This document shows positions 13,343 through 23,269 of a stretch of 64,000 nt of DNA, one piece after another (positions within the stretch are counted from its first letter, which is position 1; each line of letters begins with the position of its first letter). The stretch is from Lama glama. Taxonomy: Eukaryota. The position numbers and the translations under genes were made by a program. The notes under the pieces are model-generated. The model was not told the DNA's origin. It searched no databases and saw only the letters and a list, made by a program, of their open reading frames with translations. The DNA lies in NCBI GenBank assembly GCA_028534125.1, contig CM052817.1, positions 98,086,001 to 98,150,000 of the forward strand, read 5' to 3'.

Positions 13343-13699
13343 AAGAAACATGATCTAGAACAAAGTATTACGTGGATAACACAATATATGATATCAGGAG
13401 AGGAAACGTCTTTCCTTCCAAATGAACTTGGAAAATACTAGGAGAATTAGAAACATTAGTACTATCTGCCAGAAGTCATGGAACAAAATGTGTAGAATCT
13501 ATTTGCAAAGTCTCACAGAAAGCAGAGGTCTAGACTGTGATAATTGAAGGAGACTGATTTAACCTACATGGTTAATAACACACTATGACCTTTCCTTCTT
13601 GATATGGAACTCCTGTTCTTGTGAGTTAGTTATTTGACCTTATTAGCTTTTTTATACTCAGATCATCTAACAGTTGCATTCTTAGGACATGCTCAAATT

Positions 13700-13823
13700 A
13701 CAGTGTAACTATATGTCTCTGTTTGCCTGAGACAGTCTCTGTTTAGGTTTGTTATCCTAGCGTAATTATTAATAGTTCACCTTTTCACTCTCAAAAGGTC
13801 CATATTCAGGAGATAAATTATAT
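13700..13823 (+). mobile_element. hAT MITE (MER96-like); its last ~14 bp are displaced to 15103-15117 by an LTR insertion
   Basis: 'cagtgtaactatatgtctctgtttgcctgagacagtc...cgtaattattaatag...ttttcactctcaaaag...gataaattATAT' resumes as 'ATATggtcactcta' after the LTR. Confidence 0.75.
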
Positions 13824-13910
13824 TGTTATTGAAGAACAGGTTCTTGTCTCATTGCAGAAAGAATTCAGAAATAAAACATGGAGGTCAAGAAAGCAAAGTG
13901 AGGATTTATT

Positions 13911-14414
13911 CAAAACTACCAGTCACACCAGTCAGAATGGCCATCAATAAAAAGTCCACAAGTGATAAATGCTGGAGAGGGTGTGGAGAAAAGGGAACCC
14001 TCCTACACTGCTGGTAGGAATGCAGTTTGGTGCAGCCATTATGGAAAACAGTATAGAGATTCCTCAAAAGACTAAAAATAGACTTAGCCTATGATCCAGC
14101 AATCCCACTCCTGGGCACATATCCAGAGGGAACTCTAATTCAAAAAGATACATGCACCCCAATGTACATAGCAGCACTGTTTACAATAGCCAAGACATGA
14201 AGCAACCTAAATGTCCATCAACAGATGACTGGATAAAGAAGTTATGGTATATACAATGGAATACTATTCACTGATAAAAAAAATATTAAAATGATGTCAT
14301 TTGCAGCAACATGGATGGATCTGAAGATTGTCATTTTAAGTGAAGTAAGCCAGAAAGAGAAAGAAAAGTACCATATGACATCACTTGTATGTAGAATCTT
14401 AAAAAAAAAAAAAA
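13911..14414 (+). mobile_element. L1 ORF2 C-terminal fragment lacking the 3' UTR, nested in the LTR
   Basis: Encodes [30 protein letters not shown] (L1 ORF2 Cys-rich region). Ends 'gtagaatctt' plus A14. TSD A(G/A)GATTTATT at 13901-13910 and 14413-14422. Confidence 0.93.
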
Positions 14415-14795
14415 GATTTATTAAGGGATAGATAGTACATTCCCAAGGGGAGAGTGGGGCAGACCCAGGTGGGTAGTCGGAATTTCTTTGGTAAGCTGGT
14501 TATATGGGCTATAAAAATGAATGGGCAGAGTATTCACTGGTGGGGAGGGGGTTGGGAGTCATCTTTCCCAATCTTCATCCCAGCTCCACCTTCCCAAGTA
14601 GAGGAGGGAATTTTTTCATCCTGATTCAGTCTTGATCAGGAAGTTTGATGAGGGCATAATGACCAAAAGACCAAAAGGGTATGTTCCGATGGTGGAGATT
14701 CCTGTCTCGTCCCACCTTTCTTTATCTGCCCTCCAGGACACTTGTGAACCCAAAATGTGTGGTTTCTTTTCAGTCCGGAGGCTCCTGCTTTTCTT

Positions 14796-14985
14796 TCTTT
14801 CATTTTTTTTTAATTGAAGTATAGTCAGTTTGCAATGTGTTAATTTCTGGTGTACAGCCTCGTGATTCAGTTTTTTATATATATATATATATATTCCTTT
14901 TCATATTCTTTTTCATTATAGGCTCTTACAAGGTATTGAGTATAGTTCCCTATGCTCTACAGTATGACCTTGATGTTTATCTATT
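14796..14985 (-). mobile_element. L1 3' UTR fragment nested in the LTR
   Basis: 'tttttttaattgaagtatagtcagtttgcaatgtg...tatagttccctatgct'. Perfect 13-bp TSD TCCTGCTTTTCTT at 14783-14795 and 14986-14998. Confidence 0.93.
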
Positions 14986-15717
14986 TCCTGCTTTTCTTGG
15001 TCTGCCCAGGGACCCCTGTTGTTCACAAGATGTATGGTTTCCTCCCATTTGGCCCGTGTTCCCCTTTCTCTGCTTAAATCCAGCTACCTGCCTGCCCTAA
15101 CAATATGGTCACTCTACTTGTTAAGGACAGGAGCTCCTGTCATGAGACCAGGTCGGGTTCTGCCATAACCCTTAACCCCACAGCAGGCTCTCTAAGTTCA
15201 TTACTCCTGGTTGCAATTCAACTCCCAGAGAAACTAGGGCTCTTTGTGAAACGGAGTGTGAAACTGAGAATGCCTACCAATTGGTACCCAAAAAAGAGTG
15301 GTCTGTAGGAGCAGAAGGAGGAGAACCACAGTGGGATACATCCACTAAACCAAAACTAAAGCATTTAAATTTTTAAGCTGTTTCCACTCCTCAGTGGAAC
15401 GATAATAAACAGTGGGAAGCAGAGCATCCAGACTTAGCATCCAGATGCTGGAAGTCTGTTTCTGGTGTTGGACCCAGCTCCATACTCAAAACCCCAGCTC
15501 TGCAGTGTATTTGCAATTGTTGACAAAGTTGTCACTGCTGTTACCTTCACAGCTACATCACTTAGTCTTTTGGGCCATTTAAATTAAAGTTCCGGGAAGA
15601 CTTTCTTTAGCCTGATCCTGAGATAATTTATCATATGTTGCATTATTTCAGTGTAATTGGTTGTTTGTCTTAACTTCTTGGAGCAAATAGTTTAACTCCT
15701 GTACACCAGTCGAAGGG

Positions 15718-15793
15718 TTAGGTTGACCTATATGGAATTGTTGCTCTTTAACCACTTTGACTTCAAAGCTTAATTCCATCTAGTTGAACCTAA
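15718..15793. mobile_element. MADE2-like mariner MITE (~76-bp imperfect palindrome)
   Basis: TTAGGTTGACCTATATGGAATT ... AATTCCATCTAGTTGAACCTAA inverted arms. Confidence 0.75.
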
Positions 15794-15914
15794 TGTAATT
15801 GTAATAACTTAGGAAAAGGGAGAGAGAGTGCTTAATTTAGCATGGGGACAACCTTGAAGCATGACAGAGAGAGAGTGAGAGAGGAGGAAACCGGTGAAAG
15901 TCACTCAGCAAACA

Positions 15915-15971
15915 TTTTCTCTTTCTTTCTCTCTCTCTGTCTCTCTCTTTCCTTCCTTCCTTCCTTCCTTC

Positions 15972-16042
<71 letters not shown>

Positions 16043-16084
16043 TCCTTCTTTCCTTCTTTCCTTCTTTCCTTCTTTCTTTCTTTC
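15915..16084. repeat. Compound (TC)n/(TTCC)n/(TTTC)n microsatellite
   Basis: About 170 nt of pyrimidines with a single G. It explains the low-complexity FLSF/KKER ORFs here. Confidence 0.98.
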
Positions 16085-17905
16085 ATGTATAATTGATTTA
16101 AAACATTCCAACAAACATTTTTTGAGCACCTACTTTCACATGCCAAGGAACTGTCCCAGGTGCTTGAGATCAAACTGGGACTGAAAATCGACATTTCTCC
16201 CTCCCCTCGTGGCACGGTCTATGGAGAACATAAGTTAAGAGCTCATTATCTAGGTATTAGTCTTGTTTTTAAAGGTAAATTCTGATCAAGCAGCTTATCT
16301 TCTTCCTTTTGTTTTGTATTTTCCACCTTGTTTCCTTTCTAGCTTATTTTTTTTTCATTCCAGAACATTTTTATGTTGACTTGTGACCATCTTCCTTCCC
16401 CCACCTGAAAGTCTAACCTCCTATTGCTCTAAAGCACCTGTTTTACTATCTCGTGTCTGATTCCTGTTTGAGGTCTGTGCCACTTTCTCCCCAAAGCACC
16501 AATATGTAAGCTTCTTCAGGACACAGCATGTGAATTATTCATCTCAATTAATCTGTCCGGGACTTAGTATATTCCTGGCCTCATATATTGCTCTGTAAGT
16601 TCTCTTTAAAGGGACTCACATGCACTGCATACTGGTGATGATCTCTGGACCGTGTCGAAGCCTCCCAATGTGGTCCCACTGCTAACAGAGGTCTGGCCAT
16701 TGCTACTCACTCCCAGAAACTCAATACTGTCACTGGACATCCTATTTTGTGATCAACTAAAATATTTTCCTTTGCTCATGTATGTGTGGCCTCAGTCTTT
16801 TTTTTTTAATGGTAATATTAGTGTGGATGATTTTTTTGTGGTTTAGAAGAGGAAGAAAGAAAACAGTTTTGCAATAGGACTCGGTGTTTGCCCCTTTTTT
16901 ATACAATCATCCAAGAGATAGAAAATTATACCAAATGATATTAAACATGATGAAATCTTTCTGTAAAAAACTCCTGGGACCCTAAACTACTTTTCTCCTT
17001 CCTCTTTTCCTGAGAGGAGACCTTGAATCTGGAGCCTGAAGGTCACTCTTGGTTGCCCTAAGATGTCAGGGGAAGATGAGGATAGCCAAGCTGGAAGGTC
17101 ACCAAGATACTTGCTAATGTACAATTTGTCTTGCTTCCTGCATTTCACAATTTCCAAAACATCACACCCACTTAAATAACATAATAAAATACACAGCAAT
17201 TCACTCCTTAATACAAATGGGAATCCACCTATACATATATATATATGGAGGGGGAACTCTGTACACACAAAATACAAATTTCATTGCATTTTGCTTTGAA
17301 TTTGAGAAAACATATAAATATTGATATATTCAATTACAGCTGTGTTCCATATTTATACAGGTACATTACTTAATATAGATTATATATGTATATAATATAT
17401 ATGGCCAGTGTATTCAAACAGCTTATTGTTTGAACTAATTCTGTCAGTAAATGTACATATTGTCCTCTAAAGACACTGCTCCTAATGAAGCTTTTAAAAC
17501 ACACATAAGTAGTGGTTTTTGAAGAGGCTTAATGTGTTTCATATAGAGTCTTCCGAAAAGAATCATCACAGGGCTACTCCAAAATGGAAGGAAACCAAAA
17601 TCTACAGTTCTGGGTTGAGGAATGGAAGACTTTTCACAAAATTAGTGTCTGTTCTCAGCACAGAACCGTCCCTAGTTCCCCTGGTAGAATCGAAGGCTAG
17701 TGGGTGCCATCAAGCAAAGGCACCGTATCCTGGGGTTTTACTCTGTTCTTGGCTGGCATTTGGGTGAAAGGCATTAACATGATTCACAAAGCCATCACTT
17801 GGTGGTCTAAGAATAACCAACTGAGTTCTAGTAGTAATTTCTATTGTGGTGCCTGGAGAACGTATCCTAAATGGTTCTATACTCAGAGCACCAACAGTGT
17901 GATTT

Positions 17906-18409
17906 TTTTTTTGGCAAATGCATTTTTTTTCACATTTTTTATTGAGTTATAGTCACTTTACAATGTTGTGTCAAATACCAGTGAAGAGCACAATTTTTCA
18001 TTTATACATGAACATACATATACTCGTCACGTTTTTTTTCACTGTGAGCTACCACAAGATCTTGTATATATTTTCCTGTGATATATAGTATAATCTTGTT
18101 CATCTATTCTACATTTTGAAATCCCAGTCTGTCCCTTCCCACTCCCTGCCCCCTTGGCAATCACAAGTTTGTATTTTCTGTCTATGAGTCTGTTTCTGTT
18201 TTGTGTTTTGTGTTTTGTTTTTGTTTTGTTTTTAGATTCCACATATGAGCAATCTCATATGGTATTTTTCTTTCTCTTTCTGGCTTACTTCACTTAGAAT
18301 GACATTCTCCAGGAACATCCATGTTGCTGCAAATGGTGTTATGTTGTCATTTTTATGGCTGAATAGTATTCTGTTGTATAAATATACCACATTTTCTTTA
18401 TCCAGTCAT
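17906..18409 (-). mobile_element. Young camelid-type L1 3' end with a short 3' transduction
   Basis: L1 ORF2 end (DWIKKMWYIYTTEYYSAIK on minus) plus 3' UTR. Two T-tails separated by GGCAAATGCA. TSD ACCAA(C/T)AGTGTGATTT at 17890-17905 and 18410-18425. Confidence 0.93.
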
Positions 18410-18724
18410 ACCAATAGTGTGATTTGAAAGGTGTTTCTCTCCTCCTATACCGTGAGCTCAGAGAGGTCCCAGAACCTATGCACATCCTGACTGCTTGGTG
18501 TCTCTTGGCACCAGGACAGTACCCAGCCCAGAGTATGTTACTAATCAATGTTTGTAAGCTTCATTTAACTCCATGCAGAAAACGAGTCTATCTTAATTTT
18601 CATTATAATCTTAAATTAGCTTTCCCTCTCCCTGAAGGAGAGAACGATTATACATGGAGGGAAATGAGAGTAACATGGGAGGAAATAAGATAATCAGATT
18701 TGTAATTATTTCAGTCTGAGCTGA

Positions 18725-18875
18725 TAATTACTAAGTGCTTATTAATAGTCCAGGCAATTTCCTAGATAGGTAGGCACTCATTTATCCCATCTGACAGATG
18801 AGAAAACTGAGGCATGGGAAGTGGCAGAGCCAGGATTTGACCCAGGTAATCTAATTACAGAGCCTGCACTTGTAA
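18725..18875 (-). mobile_element. MIR SINE
   Basis: 'tatcccatctgacagatgagaaaactgaggcat...aagtggcagagccaggatttgacccagg'. Confidence 0.8.
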
Positions 18876-19129
18876 GAGTCAGTTCCATCCAAAATATTAT
18901 GATATCAAGCTAAGTTATAAAAGACATTAAGTGAAAGGGAAAAGGTTTAAAAGAATATTTGCAAATTTTGCAAATGAGTATAATACTGAAAATAAAAAAG
19001 CGAAGTCTAGGATTTGATGATAGTAACTGGGTTTAAATGCTTTTTACTGGTGTTAATCAAGTATAACCAACTCAGTACTGCAGGTGGACTATGTACCCAT
19101 TAGCACTTGACGTGAGCACACGTGTCTAC

Positions 19130-19470
19130 TCATTCGACAGGTATCGGACAGTCACCGTGCGCAAGGCAACCTGCTGGTGGTGTGGGTGGGACGTACTACG
19201 GCAATCAAACCACTCTCAGACCTGTTGGGCAGGGAGAGGTGATGCCAAAGACCAGTGCAGACAGCAGGATGTGTTTTGGGAAAAGGACAGAGTTGTTCCT
19301 TGGTGGGACCCGGATGTGTGGAGATTGGGGGACAACTTGCAGCAGAAAGCAAGGACATTTGAAGGAAACAGAGAATAATATGCTTCAACTGGTACGCTCA
19401 GTGCATGGAGCAGATGACAGATTTGTGAGATACTATCCCTGTTGGTGAAAGCCTTGAATGACAAGACAGG
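19130..19470 (-). mobile_element. Degenerate L2 fragment, followed by (TG)n at ~19483-19510
   Basis: 'ctcattcgacaggtatcggacagtcaccgtgcgcaaggca' resembles an antisense L2 3' end, with a purine-rich body. Confidence 0.5.
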
Positions 19471-19589
19471 GCAAAGAAGTGATGTGTGTGTGTGTATGTG
19501 TGTGTGTGTGTTAGACACCACTGTATCTTCTACGCATTATCTTTCCATCATCCAGCCTCCTATTAACCATCTATTTATTGTGATGCGTG

Positions 19590-19820
19590 TGTAAAGACAA
19601 ATGCATCCGGTTGTGATGGAAAGAACAGAGGATTTGGCACGAGATGGACCTGGGTCCATCTCTCTTTAGCTCTGAGAGCTCAGAAAAATCATTTGATATC
19701 TCTGGATCCTGATTTCTTTAGCCGTGAAATTAGGATGATACTAACCTGCAGAATTATGATGAGGACTACATAAGGTCAAGCAGCAGTGCCTTGATTCATA
19801 AATATTACTCAATCTATATT
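19590..19820 (+). mobile_element. MIR SINE
   Basis: 'gtgatggaaagaacagaggatttgg...gacctgggtc...tcatttgatatctctggatcctgatttc...gtgaaattaggatgata'. Confidence 0.65.
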
Positions 19821-20759
19821 ATTTCTCTAAGAGTATCAATATCATCCTTCAAGCAATGCAAAGCTACTCCAGATTTCTAGGCAAGGCAGGAGCACAGTTG
19901 ATACTGTATCTTGGTTTTGATTTCTTTATAGAGCAGAATAGAGACGATTTTTTTTTTTACTTAACTAAAAAATTCATCAGTAGCTAGTGATATATATTAT
20001 TCAGTGCTCTCTTTCTATGCTGTTGTTCAGATTTGAGGAACACGGGTCACTATGCAGTCACAGCTTAAGCATTGAGGCTTTAAGATCTGGTTTGGTGCCC
20101 TCGCCCTAGACACAGGGATGGCTAGCCTTCTGAGAGTCTCAGAGGAATGAGTCCTGACTAGGAAACATTGCCCTGTTATTCAAATACTCTCCTCTACTTT
20201 TTTTTTTAACTGCTTCTTATTAACAAAAATGCCCATGGAAACTATGAAAAATAATAAGAGCAAAATACCCTTGGCCCGCTTTGGTGGAGCCTTTTTTAGT
20301 TAACTGTTCCAGGTACACGTCTCTAGTCAGGATGGATGGATGGTGACGGTCTATCCTGACTAAGAGTCTCCAGAATATCTAAAGGGAAAGAAAGGAGCAA
20401 GAGTCTCAGCATTATAAACTGATTGCATGTTTGGGGGTCAAAGGAGAAAAAATCATGGCAGGGATGAAAAATTAGGACACATGAATATTACGGGAGAGGT
20501 AGGCCTTTCTGTGACACTGGTATAATTTCCATGTTCTGAATGCCTACTTTTCAATTTCCTCCCTGTATTTTGACTTCTAAGCGTGCCTCAAAAGATTTGC
20601 CTCAATGTACTTCTTTCAGAGCCCAGTCCTCTGGGGATTTTAGGAGTTTATATTTCTCTTTCTTTCTTTTTCTTTTCTTTCCTTTCTTTTTTTTTATGGT
20701 TATGGCTTTAAGTTTTTAAGTTCCTGGAATTTTTTCTTCAGAATTGAATCAAGTAAGCC

Positions 20760-21290
20760 ACTCGCCAGTCCATGCTTTTAGCCTGTCCAAGTCAGTCCAA
20801 GCACTCTTTTGTGACTATCCCTTCCACACCCAACTATCCCTATGTCAGCAGATTTCATCCTCTTAATGCAGGTGCCCTCTTCCAGGCCACTGATGAAGAA
20901 AGTGAACAAAACGGTCTCCTAATATTTATCTCTGCAGCACTCCATTAGTTAGCCCTGACCAGTTACCACTCCCAATTACCTTCAGTCTTAGTTATTCAAG
21001 CCATTTCTTCCCCTCATTCAAATATCTCATTACCTTACACCATAATTACTGACCTTGTGAATCAGTTTGTCTGTACTCACTTATACTAAGAAATGTTTTA
21101 AATTCTAGGGAAGGTATATGTTCATGGCTCCTAGTTCTTCTAAAGAAAGACTTTATGCTCCTTGTTCACGATAATTATAACAGTTTTATAATGCATGGTC
21201 TCTTTTAGTCAATCCACATAATCTCTCCATTTTAATTCACTAATTTTTGTATATACACTTAGTCTCTCCTGTTTCCCTTTTAGAAAAAAA
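20760..21290 (-). mobile_element. Ancient CR1/L3 LINE, reverse-transcriptase core fossil
   Basis: Frameshifted manual translation gives FLKGKQERLSVYTKIS...CGLTK/RPCIIKLL...LEFK...KLIHKVSNYGVR...KWLE*LRLKVIGSGNWSGLTNGVLQR*ILG/VLFTFFISGLEEG...KSAD. This is colinear with CR1 motifs FKKGKK-NYRPIS, HGFTKGRSC, YLDF, NWL-RKQRV, GVPQGSVLGPVLF-IFINDLEEG and KFADD. Confidence 0.75.
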
Positions 21291-21727
21291 ATTCTGATTT
21301 GGAGATTTGACTGTATCTGATTTTCTACACATAAGCTTTATAATTTAAAACCTAAGCATACATTTACAATATTTTCAATATATACTGATTTCATATTTCA
21401 AATGAAAATGCATTTTATAAATTAATTATATTTGCCTGAATTGGCTACCAGGTTATGGAAATCACACTGCTTTCTGAGAATCAAAATGCATGGACCATGT
21501 GAAAGCTGTTGTCAGTGAGAGGTTTCCAAAGTTCAGGTTATAACTGAACAGCTACAAATTGCTTGAGTAGCTAAAAAACAATTTCTAAATTCTTAGTGAC
21601 AAGTTCAGAGTGTTAACTTCTTTTTAAGAGATTACACTTTACCAGGTGAATAATCCAAGCCTAGGAAATGATAGTAAAAAATTTTGATTTGAAAACCCTT
21701 TTTGTCTTTTTATGTCTGAATAGAGCA

Positions 21728-21761
21728 GACTGCCATCTGTTGGTGGTTCTCTTGAATTGCA
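21728..21761 (-). promoter_or_regulatory. Candidate CTCF site with upstream (ZF9-11) motif
   Basis: Minus strand reads TGCAATTCA, a 6-nt spacer, then CCACCAACAGATGGCAGTC. Confidence 0.55.
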
Positions 21762-23269
21762 AGATCCACTCTAATGGCTTCCTGACTTCTTGAATATCAA
21801 AATAACAAATCTATGTCATGACACTGATTTTTGGCCATCTTAATTTCTATTAATAAAAACTCTGAAAAGATTGCTTGGTTGCATTATTTAAGCTACGATG
21901 CCATTATTATATACAGTTACCACAGATGACTTAAGTTGAGTTTAATCACACTGATTCTAAACGTAAAGGAATATAAATTGCAGCCATTGCTAGAAAATAA
22001 TTTCTTTTAAATTTTAGGTCACATTCAGCGAATATCTACAGCTGGAAACACATAATAATATTGAGAGTGGAGAATTTTTTAATTCTGATTGGATTTTTAA
22101 AAATAACTAGAATAAGTTAATCCATTTCCAGTGTGCAGTTGTCACTTCATAACTTTAGGATTAGACCTAAAGCCTGAAACTTAGGGCTGCTTGGGATAGT
22201 GTGTTTAGGAAATGGCCTTTGAGTCATTGAGTCACTCGTCACACAGTACATAGTTGGCAACATGCCATTGCTGTCAGTTGCTTATTTCTCATGGAAAGAC
22301 AGGCCCACAAGTGAGATTTCCCAGCATGGGTGAAAGGGCCTAGCAATGTATAAATAAAAAACCCAAGAAGCATCTTGAAGGACTGAAAGGGGTCCTCACC
22401 CTGATCAGGGAAGGTTTTTAGTCTGAAGAATTAGATGCCAGGAATCATGAACCTTTGTCAAAAGCACTGCTGGGTTCCTTGCATTGTGGGGTAACTTCAA
22501 TGCAGTTGAGTTTCTGTATATTTATGGACAGTAAAGTAAATGAGACACATCGATTTCCCTTGGCTTCTTTCTGTCAATCACATTGCTATCTCCCTTGAGA
22601 GAAACCTGCAAGTAGCTTTCGTCCTTTTAAGCAAAAAAGTCCTGGATGCATGGATGTCTTTGGCATCATATTGAAACCCAAATCATCTATGGCCAGTGAT
22701 GACAGGGAGCCATTCTCCCTGCCATGTCTAGGGGAATATCTTAACCTAAATCTTCCTATACAGTACACTTGATCTTGAACCCTACCCCTACCTGGAAGTA
22801 AGTACATACTACATAGCTAAATCTGGCTCCAATACTAGAGCAGTATCAATCTCTTTCCCTTCAATAGTTCCATATCCTATTCATTTACCACCCATGCCTT
22901 TCCCTCCTGTTAGTCACCATCCCTAATGTAGAAACTCAAAAATGTCACAACAATGGATGCTTAACAGTGGCTAATTCTCCTTTTGCTATCATGTTAAATT
23001 GTTATGATATGAATTTGTATATCTTTGATGCTAGAGAATTCAATCTTTTCATATGTAATCTTTGTGCTGAATAGAGCAGCACCAAAGGTCCAGATTATAT
23101 TTTTTATAAGTTTCCATTTTGTTTTTATGTGGTACACTTGGGAATACTCACTACATCAAATTAAGTAATTTTCTTTCTTCTTTCCTAATGTACCACATAT
23201 TGTAATTTCTCCTATTACTGACTTATAATGAGAATTTAATTAGCAAAGAAAAGAATTTAACATGTTCTA

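Larger units (their letters stand above)
13824..15102 (-). mobile_element. ERV1-class solo LTR (~560 bp once the two nested L1s are removed)
   Basis: TG...CA ends (TGTTA / TAACA). 4-bp TSD ATAT at 13820-13823 and 15103-15106. Antisense AATAAA near 13905. The start resembles the LTR at 63174. Confidence 0.85.

Noticed and set aside
15842..16215. KKER/FLSF repeat ORFs
   Set aside because: Translations of the (TTTC)n microsatellite.
19091..19521. Four overlapping ORFs suggesting a compact gene
   Set aside because: A locally GC-richer decayed L2-like segment lowers stop frequency, and none of the peptides is recognisable.
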